From Octopus sinensis (taxonomy: Eukaryota): a stretch of 64,000 bases of DNA. The notes below the pieces were generated by a model that made no database searches, had not been told where the DNA came from, and worked only from the letters and a program-made list of their open reading frames with translations. Made by a program: the position numbers and the translations under genes. Shown one piece after another: positions 1-12,365 of this stretch. The stretch lies in the NCBI RefSeq assembly GCF_006345805.1, contig NC_043001.1:64356001-64420000 (forward strand), given 5' to 3'. The stretch's first letter is position 1, and each line of letters opens with the position of its first letter.

Positions 1-429
1 ACTTACTATTCGTGTTCAAAGTTTTCTACTACACGTGTTTCATGAGGTTGTATACTATGTTCCTGAGACACACAGTCTCTTACAAAACCTCCCCTTATAT
101 ACAACCCCAATCTTCAGGTCCACCTATCTCCTGTTTATAATTTTATCTATCATTTTATATTCCAACGTAAAAGTATATCAAACTAAACAGATGTATAAAT
201 AAATTCCTAGTATGTCAAAACATATAAATGAGTAAATAAATTCATTGAACCCTGCAGTTTAAGCAAGTATTGCTAAAATATGTATAAATTAGTTTTCTGA
301 ATGAACTCTTATTTCACATAATATCTATCTCTCATTGAATGTGTTCCTGTAATTTCATTAGCATATCATATTTGAAGCAAAGTACAAATACATAAACAAC
401 ATATCTAAATTAGCCAAAATAGAGTAAAA

Positions 430-1230
430 TCTATTTGCCAACATAAAGCATCGGTTTTCCTGGGCATTTGATAGCCTTTTGTAATTGCCTCAGCATTAAT
501 GATGTGAATCTTTTGAAGATGCTCAAGAAACACAATGCCTTTTGCATCCCAAAAAACTGAGGCCATCACCTTCCCTGCTGATGAAATGGCCTTCGCCTTC
601 CTTGGGGCAAATGCAGAGGGGTGTTTCAACTGTGTGGATTATCTCTGTCTCTGACTCAAAGTGACGAACCCCACACTCATTCTAGGTTAGGAAATGTTCA
701 AGGAAACCAGCTGGATCTACCTCAATCAATGTCAGATTTTCCTATGTTGTGATTAGCCTGATGTGCTTTTAATCAGGTGTCAGAAGACATGGCACCCACT
801 GAGCAGAAAGCTTCATCGTGCCAAGTTCATTGTGCAGAATATTCTCAGTTTTCTCATGGGATATGTTAATAGCATTGGCTATTTGATTTATAGTCAATCA
901 TCTGTCATCAATCACCATGTAGTGAACATGATCAATGTTTTCCTCAGTGGCAGCAGTTGCAGGGCATCCAGATGTTGGGTCATCTCCAAAATTCTCCCTT
1001 CCCCTCAAAAATTCAGCTACCCTTTTTGCTCTGTTGATAAAGCTAGTGTCATCCCCTAATGTAGCAACTATGTCAGCATGAATGTCCTTGGAGACTAAAC
1101 CCTTTTTCTGCAAGTACATGATAACATCACAATGCCAAGTGTTGTTGATTTTCAAGAGAAATCACTACTAGTCACTTTTGAAGTGTTCTTTAAACAGTCA
1201 GATGTCAGTTTAGCTGGAAAGAAACAATGC
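430..1230 (-). mobile_element. Degenerate mariner (Tc1/mariner) transposase remnant
   Basis: Broken ORFs give the mariner HTH region (KKGLVSKDIHADIVATLGDD...GRENFGDDPTSGCPATAATEENIDHVHYMVIDDR) and the catalytic-domain start GKVMASVFWDAKGIVF. Confidence 0.85.
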
Positions 1231-1329
1231 AGTTATTCATAAGAAGAGTTGAAATTAATGCATGTAACATTTTACAACTCTCACATCACTCTTTCGTAGT
1301 CACCCTATCAGCTTTTCAGCCCACCCTCA

Positions 1330-1870
1330 TACAAGGTGCATTCCAGAAGTTTTGATACTTTTTATGTGAGACACTTATAACTGCCCTAGATTATTGTAAT
1401 TTTAGTACACCATTATTAAACATCTAATAATCTGACCTGCCAACTTTTGTTATTCTTGATTGAAGGAGATGGCTGTAACAGCCTACTAAAAACTGCTTGT
1501 CACAGCTGACGAGTTTTCAGAATACAGTTGGGATGTGAAGACTATTTAGAAGCTCGTTATGTCAAAATTTTGTGTTAAACTGGGCAAAAATGATACAGAA
1601 ACTTATGAAATGCTCCAGACTGCTTATGGACTGAGCTTCTGTTTTTTGCTGGTACAGGAAGCCAAGCAATGCAAGTCCACCAGGAAGCTCATGATGATCC
1701 CCTTTTTCAGCCACAAGGGCATCATCTACTGAGTTCCTGCTGGTCAGCCAGTCAACAAAGAGCACTTTGTAGAAAAGGTCAGGGTATCTGCACCAAGATA
1801 ATTTATCAGTCCACATTTCCATTCTGGTAACCACCTATTTGACAGAGATGATCATCAAAACTGTCCTTCA
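1330..1870 (+). mobile_element. Second mariner remnant (5' end with TIR-like start)
   Basis: TA followed by CAAGGTGCATTCC, then the N-terminal peptide KFCVKLGKNDTETYEMLQTAYG typical of mariner transposases; the rest is rearranged. Confidence 0.6.
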
Positions 1871-3281
1871 CACTGATTTCCAGAAAATGATTCTAATTTT
1901 GAATAATGCTTGGAGGTTAAAAGTTCTCTTGTGTTAATGCTGAATCATCATATGAAAAAATTTGTTTACACTTATGTATTCTTAAATCACATTTACATCT
2001 ATTTTCTCTCCTACCACCATCATTCCTTTCTGTTTCTTCCTCATTCTTTGTATTATTTGACTAAACTTTTGTCATTATTGTTGGATATATAAGCTACAAT
2101 TCTAGTATTTTGATGTGATTGCTGGATTTGCTTGTATTGAAAAGCTATGATATTAAAGAAATATAGAGAGATAATCTTATTTCTTCTTCATCTGTTTCCA
2201 CAACTCATCTTTATCAATGTCTCTTGTTTGCCTTTCACAAGTTAAGAAGTATGACTCCTTTCAGAAACAACTTGATGTATTGATGAACAGTCAATGGTGT
2301 TGAAGTGCATAAGGGTTAAAGCTGTAGTTGAGAGATGTTAGCTGACATAGAGAACAGGAAGCCATCTGAATATTGGAAAAGATGGCTATGTGAAGTTGCT
2401 GGAGACTGTGATCAATCTCTGGTTGAGAGGGTTGCTGCTGGAAGGCTATATGTATTGCTGTTTCCTCCAGAATGAACCAAAGTGGTTGTCAGAGAATTTC
2501 TACAACTTCACCAGCCCCAATTTCTGGCATCCTAATTCCCATTATTGTAATCCAGTGATATTAATCCCATGGTGCACAGTGAAAAATGTATATGCCAGGT
2601 TCTAGAGCTGTCTTGAGGTCATGGTTGAAGCTGTTATCTTATAGCCATAATCTGTTTGATGTTTTTGTGTTTTCTTACCCTGTAAAAGAAGAAGCTTAAA
2701 CTAATGGTGGTTCTGCTTAGATTGTTAAGTTCCATGTTGGATATTACACCAACCAATCTCTGTGGACATATTAGGCTCAGGTGGTTCATTGCTTATATAA
2801 ATATATTAAAGCTGATTTTAGACAAAGATTAATATCTTGCTGGAATGTGTGAGAAAAGGAAAGTTTTAAATATTGGTGCTTTGTAATTACACATATAAAT
2901 AACTTTTGTGCTAACATACAATCAAATGCTTCATATAACATGTTCTTCACAGTACGAGGGAGGGAAGTGTTACCTTTCTTTGTTTGGATCCTCACTGCAT
3001 CATGATGGATATACAAGCATTCTAACAAAATTATTCAAGTGTTTTTTTTTATGAAAAAATTATTAATATTATATATGTTGATTTATGTTAGATAAACAGA
3101 AACCATTTATATTGTGCTAACGTTATTTGTTTATTTACTCATTATTTCAGAAAATATAGTATGCTTTACAATTAGCACTATCACTTCTAACAACGACTAC
3201 TGCCATTTTTGTCATTGTTGCTTTCATTGCCATTCATATATATTTGATTATTTAACTATTTATTGTATTTTGATATTTCAG

Positions 3282-3426
3282 TGGGCCTCTATGTTTCCAA
3301 ATGATCAAGTGAGTGAGCAACAATCTGCATTATTTGTCAAAAAATTGCTTGCAATCGCTGTTTCAAACATTGTCTATTTAAGAGCCATGTTTCCAGAACA
3401 AGCATTTGGAGATAGATGCCTTGAGG
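3282..3426 (+). CDS. HORMAD1: HORMA-domain meiotic protein (HORMAD1/2, Hop1-like), coding exon (145 nt)
   Basis: tttcag|TGG GCC TCT ATG TTT CCA...GAG G|gtaag. Encodes WASMFPNDQVSEQQSALFVKKLLAIAVSNIVYLRAMFPEQAFGDRCLE, matching the HORMA N-terminus (FPN...QQS...VKRLLAVSVSCITYLRGIFPE.AYG.RYL). The 1-versus-2 paralogue cannot be resolved. The upstream start exon was not found. Confidence 0.93.
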
Positions 3427-3941
3427 GTAAGAATTTCCTTATTGATACCAAGTGAAGAACTTTAAACTACTTAACAGTAAAACATTTTTAAAGAAAAATT
3501 ATCTTTTAAAAAGATCCATTATATAGATATTTATTTCCAAAATATATCAAAGCAATCATTATAATAATTTAATTCATATTTTGAAATGTTTTAGAGATAA
3601 GATGTTTTCAAAAATTTTGTGAAGTAGAATAACAGTAGCCAAATGCATAATGAAAGCCAAAATAATAAGACAAGAATGAATTTAACAGTGAACATGTGCT
3701 TTTGATGGCTATGATGACTTTACCACAATGTAATTGTTTTAGTACTAAAACACAAACACAGATCAAATCCCTTGCTAAGCAACTGTAGCTCAGGAACAAT
3801 TGTTTTTTAATTCTTTATTTTATTTCGTATTGCATTTATATTTCATTTGGATTGTTACCTATATGAATAATATAAGTCTGAAATTCTAACTTCTTTTAAA
3901 TTATTTTTTAGAAACTTTTGAATATTTTTTTTTCATTACAG

Positions 3942-4042
3942 AATTAAATTTAAAGATTCTCCGAGAAGATACCTCCTGTCCTGGTGCCTGCCAAGTTATA
4001 AAATGGATGAAAGCATGTTTTGATGCTGTTGATAAAAAATAT
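3942..4042 (+). CDS. HORMAD1: HORMAD coding exon (101 nt)
   Basis: ttacag|AA TTA AAT...AAA TAT|gtaatt. Phase-1 join with the previous exon gives ELNLKILREDTSCPGACQVIKWMKACFDAVDKKY, matching [34 protein letters not shown]. Confidence 0.93.
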
Positions 4043-4494
4043 GTAATTTAACATTAATTTTTTTAATAACTGAAAAACATTCCCTTGAAAAATGTGGTAT
4101 TATGCATCTTGTTAAATCTAAAATGTGATATTGATTTACAGGACCAGATACAATATTGGATACAACCTTCAAACACTGGTTCTGAGTCATAGAAAGAATC
4201 AAAATCTTATGTTAATGCATTCTACTTCTACCAACAAAGTTCCCATCACAGCATAAGTACCACCCTATATTTCATAAATCATCTGTTTGAGATCCATAAT
4301 CACCTCTTCTAACAGATGCAAATTACAACGCCAATCCTTGGAACCTGAAATTTGTCCCACTCTAACCCACCTAGTGGCAATCATACAACCCACAGTAACT
4401 CTCCTCAGCTAAATAATAACAGACTCACAGCGTCTTTCCACAATACTACCCATGTGAGCACATATACTAGCAACAATACTCCCTCCTAATGGTG

Positions 4495-5460
4495 ACTGGA
4501 CAATTTGCTGTAGGACAATTGGCCATAGTATTATTCACCATAAGACAATTTGCCATATGGATATTTCACTGCAAGGACATTTTGCCATAAAGCTTAGAAA
4601 CTTGAAATTGCATTGTTAATTAAATAAGGTAGATAAAGGAATAGTATTTACAGCAGTCATTTTCGGTAATTGCTGAAATGATAATTTGAAAACATAAAGA
4701 TCGTTTAAATTGAAACTGCATTGTTAATTACTGAAATGAGAATTTAAAAGCAGAAAGGTTGTTTAACCCTTTCATTACCGCATTTATTTTGAGATACTCT
4801 GTGTTTCTTTCAATTAATTTTAAATATAACAAAAATTTAGTAAATTAACTTAGTTATCATTAAGCTAATGTTAAGAACATAAATTGTGAGTAAGGTCTGT
4901 TGGAAGATTTTGATTCAAAATTTATGAAAACAAGACATTTGTACTACAGAGCTAGAGGTGGTTTCAGCCAGGTTGGTATCAACAGGGTTAAATTTGAAAC
5001 TGCATCATTAATTACTGAAATGAGAATTTAAAAGTAGAAAGGTTGTTTTACATTTATTTAAAAATAACAATCTAACCTTGAAAATTCAAAGCAAAAAGCT
5101 TGTTTTGAGAGGTTGCCGCAACCATTTACATTCTTTTTCTTTCAGTTGAACCTTAAACCCTTATGATGCTGTACACTATTGTCAGTGGTTGCGATAAGCT
5201 CATAGATGATTCTAACTTTATTTATAGGCAAGAAATAAAATATGGAGGCAAGGTCTATTGGAAGTGTGTTAATACAAACTGTAAAGCAAGAGTTTATACA
5301 AAACTGAATAGTGAAGTGATTTGTATTTGTAAAGTTGTAAGTGAGCATACACATCCATCTAATCCTAGCCAACCAAAAATGCAAGAAGCAATAGCAATTA
5401 TGAAAGAAAAGGCATTTAAATCCCAGTTAGCTTCAAGATCTTTGATTGGTGCTACATCCA
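4495..5460 (+). mobile_element. MULE/Mutator-like DNA transposon 5' part with FLYWCH zinc finger
   Basis: Subterminal GGACAATT repeats and ~50-bp tandem repeats. ORF 5163-5522 has the FLYWCH pattern (FIYRQEIKYGGKVYWKCVNTNCKARVYT...VSEHTHP). Interrupted at ~5460 by an RTE fragment. Confidence 0.75.
4767..4987. mobile_element. piggyBac-type MITE
   Basis: TTAA|CCCTTTCATTACC ... GGTATCAACAGGG|TTAA. It interrupts one unit of the MULE subterminal repeat at a TTAA site. Confidence 0.75.
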
Positions 5461-5870
5461 TCTTCTTCCAACTATTCCTGGAAGGGCTATCAGGGTACAG
5501 TCTTCAGGCACCTCACTCATAGGTTCTTTTCAGAAGCAATTCTCATACATGTTCCTGTTGGATTCTCAAGCATGACTAGCTGAGACTATGGATATTATCC
5601 AGCCATCTCATTTTTGGTCTACCCCTAGGTCTCCTTGCTGATTGGCTTGGCTCAACATATACGTCTTGTGATTTTTTTCATGCAATATTCTTATCACATG
5701 TCCATAGTACCAGCACTGCAGAAAAGTAGCAGCTTGACCCAGAGTGACTCTTTGATCTCCAAGCACCCTATTGATTCACCTTATTCTAGAGACCCTTCAG
5801 AGAAACCCCATTTTGGCTGCTTGTATTCATAATTACTAGCTGGACCTGTGGAAAATTCACTGAAAACATA
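5461..5870 (-). mobile_element. RTE LINE 3' fragment
   Basis: The reverse strand carries a degenerate RTE C-terminal region (RPRGRP-type motif). Confidence 0.5.
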
Positions 5871-6824
5871 AAAAATGTATGCATCTGTAAATTGTGTGCT
5901 GGTGCCATGAGAAATGTTTCTGTATTGTGACAGTTACAGAATATAGAAAGATATGTAAAACTGATAACTATGTAATCCAACTAAAATATCTCACTTATGC
6001 AAACGTAAACAGAATTACTATTTAGCCTTAAAGTACATTATACATATTAAAAAAACCTTGGTTTAGTGGTACGGAACGTTCTTCTGGTATTCTTTTACTT
6101 GTTTCTGTCATTTGATGGTGGACATGCTGGAGCACCAGTCTTTAGTCAACTTATTCCCAGCAAGCTTTGTGCTTATTCTATCAGTCTCTTCTGCTGAACA
6201 GCTAAGTTACAGGGACGCAAACACTCCAACATCAGTTGTCGAACAATGGTGGTGGGTGGACACAGACACAAATACATACACACATAAAAATATGGCCCAA
6301 GGTTATTGTAGAAGACACTCTTTAAAATATAGATTTCAATTTTGTGTAGTCACCTGTTGGCAACTTTTCCTCCCACCCATTTTGTAGGGGGTATTACCCA
6401 TTTTTCTGGGCTCTTTTCAGAGCTATACCCTGTTCGAAATTTGCATTAGTCTTTGTATGAAAAAAAAAAAGGAAGGGAGGGGTTCTTGTTTGTAGTTTGT
6501 AGTTAAACGTACCTGAAGAAAAAACATGATCTCCTCCTTACCCCTCATTAAAAGACATGAAGAGATATGAAAGATGGTGAATAAATACTGGGGGTAGAGA
6601 GAAAGAAGAGAGAGCTAACTGTTAGTCATTCTAGAACTCCCAGAATAAAAACGTAAACACCTGAAAGATTTTCCATCTATTCATTACTAAATGTCTTTCC
6701 CTCTTCTTCATTGTTGAAAGTAAAGAAGCTAGATCAATCGTATTTCAGTCTGTCATTGTAAATGACTGAGGCTTTCCTTTCTCTGTCCCTATCACTTCAT
6801 TCTTTTATTCTATGGTTAAGAGAG

Positions 6825-7110
6825 TGAAGGTACATGGCTAAGTGGTTAGGGGTATTTGGCCCACGATCGTAAAGTCATGAGTACGATTCTCTGCAGCATG
6901 CTGTGTTTTTGAGCAAGGTACTGTACTTGGTCTTGCTGCAGTCCACTCAGCTGGCAAAAATGAGTTGTTGCTGTAATTCAAAGGGGCCAGCCTTGTTGCA
7001 TTCTATGTGAGGCTGAATCTCCCTGAGAACTACCTTATGTATGCATGTCTATAGAGTACTCAGCCACTTGTTGATCAGATAAACAGGAACCTCGTTGTTA
7101 TAACCGACAG
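6825..7110 (+). mobile_element. tRNA-derived SINE, degenerate
   Basis: Head TGGCTAAGTGGTTAGGG...GTACGATTC with A/B-box-like motifs, then ttgagcaagg and body. A body fragment recurs at ~7410-7520. Confidence 0.6.
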
Positions 7111-7710
7111 AGTGCCATTTTTTAAAAAGAGTGAAAGAAAAGGAAATGTTCCATATCATAAGGCAAAAATCTCATGTGTTTAGTATAAGCCGTGAAAGCT
7201 AAGACGAAATAATTGCTATGCCATCGTGTATTCGCCCTTGACTTACCCTCAGTCTGATAACAACAATCTGCGGGGTTTGGCCTCCAGATCTGTGAGACCC
7301 ACAAATGCTGCTGTTAGGACTGGATTAACACCCATAGTGACCCCAACAACTAAAAAGATTTTACTCCCTCTCTATAGGATCTTTTTTCGTTTTCTTTCAA
7401 CCACACAAAGAGCCCAGCCTTGTCATATTCTGTGTGAGGTTGAATCTCCCTGAGAACTACATTAATGATATCCATGTCTGGAGTACTTAGCCACTTCCAA
7501 GTTAATTTTATCTTGGTGTGGTAATGAAAAGTGAAAGTGACATCCAATATTTGCTGTGTCTATGAATCTATGTATCACCTTTTCTTTGGATCTATGTATC
7601 TACTGTCTCTCTCTCTTTCTCTTTTACTTCCACTGTGTCCCTCCTCTCTCCTGCTTTTAATTTAACAATGTGTGTATGTATCTATGTATCTACTTCTCTT
7701 GTGATGTGAT

Positions 7711-7990
7711 AAACATTTAAAAACACAAAACAAATGCCATCGCCATTCACTGTCTCTTTCATTCTCTCTCTCATTCTCTCTTTTTCTCCTACTTCCTCTC
7801 TGAAACATTTAAAACACAAAATGAATGCCATCACCACTCACTGTCTCTCTCATTCTCTCTCTCATTCTCTCTTTTTCTCCTACTTCCTCTCTGAAACATT
7901 TAAAACACAAAATGAATGCCATCACCACTCACTGTCTCTTTCACTCTCTTTCTTTTTTTCTCTCTCTCTCTCTCTTACTTCCTCTCTGTC
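7711..7990. repeat. Three tandem ~91-bp copies (minisatellite with CT-rich tail)
   Basis: aaacatttaaaacacaaaatgaatgccatcaccactcactgtctctc... starts at 7711, 7803 and 7894. Confidence 0.9.
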
Positions 7991-8489
7991 CTCCTCTCTC
8001 TTGTAAATGTGACACATATGAAAGGTACATACAAAAAGAGCAAATTGGCATATTAATATTATTGATACTTTTTTATTGTTACCAAACATTTATGACTATA
8101 GGTGATGATAGCAAGTTTAGCTTTTTTACCCATCCTCTTTTGCATAAGAAAGACAAAGAAAAACAAACAGTGACACTGTAAAATAAGAGTTGTCTACTAT
8201 ATCTGTTCAATAAAAGGCTCAAATTTTCTGACGATACATTTTTCATATTTGATAATATTTTTAAAAACAAAAAATATTCTTGATATGCAATGGCTGCTAG
8301 CTTAAGGTTATTGGCAACACCCCCCTTCCCCACACCATTATCACCACTCCCACCACTTGTCATTTTAATGCCCACTTTTCCTTACTTGCATAGATCAGAT
8401 GGAATTCACTGAGTCAGGTTTTCTATGGCCAGATGCCCTTCTTGTCACTAACACTCACTTGTTTGCAAGCAAGGTAATATTCCTCCAGA

Positions 8490-8770
8490 GGGAACCTGTG
8501 GTAGAGGTAGACCCAAGAAGACATGGGGTGAGGTGATGAAGCATGATCTTCAAACTTTGGGCTTGACAGAAGCAATGACTAGCGACCAAGACCTTTGGCA
8601 ATATCCTGTGCTTGAGAAGACCTGTCATGCCAAGTGAAATTGTAGTCATGGCTGATGCTGGTATTACATAACTGGCATGTAAAAAGCACCTTTCAAGCAT
8701 TGGGCCTTGCAGAGGCAAAGTGGCTGAGCTCCTTTCGAATGTTAGGCCTCACAGAGGCAATGACTGAGAT
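8490..8770 (+). mobile_element. RTE 3'-end fragments (same family as 57228-60970)
   Basis: gagggaacctgtggtagaggtagacccaagaagacatgg...gacctttgg (EGTCGRGRPKKTW...DLW). Confidence 0.75.
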
Positions 8771-9600
8771 CATTGGCATTGTCATGCTTGATCAGAAGAC
8801 CTATCAAGCCAAGCAAAATCACAGTTGTGGCAGATATTGGTGTCACACTTCATAGTCTTGTGCCAGTTGGAAAGTGCATTAGCCAAGGAGAAGCAGTGCA
8901 AGTTGCAGCTTCCCACACCCCACTTTCCCAGAATTCCCATCCAGAGGTCATTAGCTTGTCTACTCTTGTTGTTGAAATTTTCCAACATGAGGAGTTTGTC
9001 TCTTCTTGGAACAACCTGGAAATCAGAGAAGAAAAAATCCTTAATCTCATCTCCAGAATCAAGCTGAAATCAACATAAAGAGACAGCTATTGAGAAGAAG
9101 GGGTGGGACATGAGCTGTTGACTGATATAAGTGGTAGCCAGATTGTATTGTTCACCAGGGAGGTCTTCACTGCAAAGCCAACACTGGATTCACTGATTTG
9201 TAAGATGTTTGCACCACCTTTTCTAGGGGCTTTCCCATATGGGGTGGGCTGTGGTGATCCTGAATAGGCCATCTCAGTCACATCCTACAGCTACCAAACA
9301 GCCACAACACCACATTTAATGGATAGGACAATCTTCATGTGAGAGTTGCCGGCATGTGACTCTAGACTAAAGGTTTCCAGCTGACCAAGCCTGCCCTCAT
9401 CACCCAGTTTACCATCACTACTAGACTTATGGAAAGGAGCAGCGCGGCCTGTTGTTCAAACCAGAGATGGCCTTCATGTGATTTTGTTTAGGGTGGACCA
9501 TGTGTTGCGATCACAAGGCCTATGCACTTGGTTACCATTGGGATTGGTAACATGAATGATCTGTTTAGAGTGGTTGCAGTGGGCTGCTGGATGTCTCTGA
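8770..9600 (-). mobile_element. Degenerate RTE (BovB-like) C-terminal fragment
   Basis: Frame-shifted RTE C-terminal-like sequence around 9090-9300. Confidence 0.45.
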
Positions 9601-9739
9601 TATAATTGAGGTCCACCTTGTCTGGTCCAGTCTATATGGTAGTTTTATATCAGTTTCATTCTTTTAGAAGGAGACTAATATAAAACTGTATTTCTATACT
9701 TAGAGCAGCTATAAAGGAGTTTAATTTACTATTTGTGCC

Positions 9740-10530
9740 ATTTTGTAGAACTCTACATCATCTCCCTTGAAATCAGTTAAAATTTGCTGCTATTCTTAAA
9801 GTAGATCTGCAAACTGTTGAGAAATGGAGCAAGAAGTGGCTAATAACTTTCAACTCTGGCAAGACCAACTCATGTCTTTCAGTAGGATCCCTATCTTCCT
9901 TCCATTTATAGGTCTGAGGTATATGGTGTGACAGTCAAACCACTTGAAGAAAAGTCTTCTTTGAAATTACTTGGTCTTACTTTCTCATCTGATCTTTCTT
10001 AGGGTCTTTATGTACAGTCAGTTGGTGGGCCTGCTTCCTGTAAGTTTGGATCATTGTATAGGTCAAAGGATTATCTCATATCCAAGATCATTTTGTATCT
10101 TACAAGTCCATAAGTAGTCCTTGTATGGAATATTGTTGTCACATATGGGCAGGTACTTCATCTTGTAATTTGGACATGACATAGCCAGTCTGAGTCCTTT
10201 CTATTATTATTACCACAGGAAGTGCTCTGACAGACTCTCTCTTTTCATTCCATCTCACCTGTCTCAAAACTCACATCTTCATCCAAATGTTGTACTTTCA
10301 TGAATTAAGGAAGTCTTTCTATGATCACAGCTTTTTCCCTCAAACTGTCAGACTGTGGAACTCTTTCTATTTTCATTGTTTTCTCATAACCTGAACTCTT
10401 TCAAGTCTAAATTAAATTCATACCTTTCTTCTTAATTTCTCCTTCTTCATAGTGCCTTACACTAAGTGGCTTCTCATCAAGTTAGCTTGTTCATAAATCC
10501 CATTTTTATTTCATACAGAAAATCTTTCAA
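9740..10530 (+). mobile_element. Degenerate CR1/L2-group LINE 3' part
   Basis: Translates with stops and shifts to LGLTFSSDLS...LY...CMEYCCHIWAG, typical of the CR1/L2 RT C-terminus. Confidence 0.7.
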
Positions 10531-11084
10531 AACCGATCTCATAGTGATACTAATATGTAATTGTTTCTTTTATAGAAGCCAATTGTATTTAATTGGTTTT
10601 CTTGTAATGACATTTGTAAATTATCAGCTGTTCTGGAATGTTCAAATTGTTTTAATCCTTCTTAGCTTTGTTTGGTTTAAAAAGTGTTTTGGTCTTAGAA
10701 GTCTCATAGTGAATTTTATGCTTATGCTTTCTTGCTACTAGATGGGCACTGTTTTTTTTTTTGTTTCTTTTCCCTCTTTGGGTTAATTTTTTGTCAAAGC
10801 AGCATCACGTCTTATGACACTCTTGTAATGATTAACTAGAGTTTGGCATGAATTTACTATTTTTTAGACAGTAGTTAATCACATCACTTTCAATCTGGAA
10901 GTTTTGGCCATGCTTATCATGTGAATTGCATTTTGTAAAGCACATTAGGTAGGGAAAAGAATTCAATGAAATATGAGGACGTTAGCAGAATATATCAATC
11001 TTAGTTTCAGCAAACATTGGACATGATCTGAATTAAATAGACCATCAGAGGACCAGATTACTGTGATAAAGGTAAGAGGAGAGG

Positions 11085-12365
11085 AAGCAAATCTTTAATG
11101 AAAGAGTGTAGAAATTACAGTGGGAATTTTATGCATAGTATTAGTAATTGGTAGTGATTTTACTCTTTTAAAATTTTGTGATAGGTATTTAGTATTCCTT
11201 CTGTGTGATTTGACTTATTGGGTGGCAAAATTTCTGCAGTGCTTCAACTCTGTAACCTTTTACACATGTTAACCCTTTCGTTACCAAACCGCCCAAAAAA
11301 TTTTGGTTAATGTGACCAAACCGCCCAAAGCCGCCCGAATTTACCTATTCATATTTAAATGAGAATATCAGAGCAAATCTCTTTAGTACATTCGTGAAAA
11401 TACGTATTATACTTCGTAAAGAGTTCAACTACAGTTTTGTACAACAATCGAAGTGTAATTTTAATTCCGTGAATTTTGGGAGATTTTTTTCCGAAATTTG
11501 TTCCTATTGTGTTTTCAAAATTTGTAATTCTGACAAAAAATGGATACGAATTTCATTATATCAAGCAGTGAGTCAGAATTCGAAGGATTTTCTACTGAAG
11601 ACCTTGATAAATCTAACTCTATGACTGAAAAAAAAAAAGCATGTGGTATTTGATAATGAATCTGATGTTTCATTTTCCGAAAGTGAAAACAGTGAATCCG
11701 AGAGCTCCGACAGCGATAAAGAAAATGAATTGGCACCTGAATGGAGTGAAAATTTAAAAGCTGTTTCTTTCGGTGATTTTTCTGAAGAAACTGGACCAAG
11801 CCACAGACTTTCCCAGAAGAGTAAAGCCTTAGACTATTTCTTTTTACTTTTTCGAATGAGCCTATTTGAAATCATTACGGCGGAAACGAACCATTACGCT
11901 AAATGTAAACAAAACGAAAGAAAAGGATAGTTAGTGGTTTCCCATAACCTTAAATGAAATTAAGACTATTTTGCCATAAATATTATTATGGGTATCAGAA
12001 AGTTACCCAGAATAACAAATTCTATCGTAAAATTTTGTTGAGAACATTTCATTAAATTATCTTCCAAAATTCACGTTAATATATTGATAAATAAAAAAGT
12101 TATAGTTGTTTAATGAAACCAGACTAAATTTATGATTATGTTAAAAATTAATTGAAACACATAAGGGGTGTATTTTGGTCAGAAATATAGTAACGAAAAG
12201 GTTAATATCTCAGCTCATTGCTAAAAGGGCCAGGTTGCAGGCTTTTTGAAAATGTGTCAAATTTTAGTATACTTTAGTATATTTGAGTGTTGTTATTTAG
12301 AAAGTGTTAAAATGTGGTGAAATTGTATATAGAATTTGCTTTATTATAATAAAGCCTTGCAATGC
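11085..12365 (+). repeat. Unclassified interspersed repeat, copy A (host of a piggyBac insertion)
   Basis: Its flanks match the reverse complement of 27795-27822 plus 29460-29772. Confidence 0.8.
11273..12201 (+). mobile_element. Internally deleted piggyBac element
   Basis: TTAA|CCCTTTCGTTAC ... GTAACGAAAAGG|TTAA. Holds the acidic PGBD N-terminus (11643-11930: ...FSEETGP...ALDYFFLLF...IITAETNHYA) and continues degenerately (ITLNEIK...IIMGI.KLP). Confidence 0.9.

Noticed and set aside
2786-3028. 80-aa minus-strand ORF just upstream of the HORMAD exon
   Set aside because: No recognisable motif or splice signals; the length is expected by chance.
1-3281. HORMAD start-codon exon
   Set aside because: No convincing ATG-containing exon with a phase-0 donor was identified; the region is mostly mariner debris.
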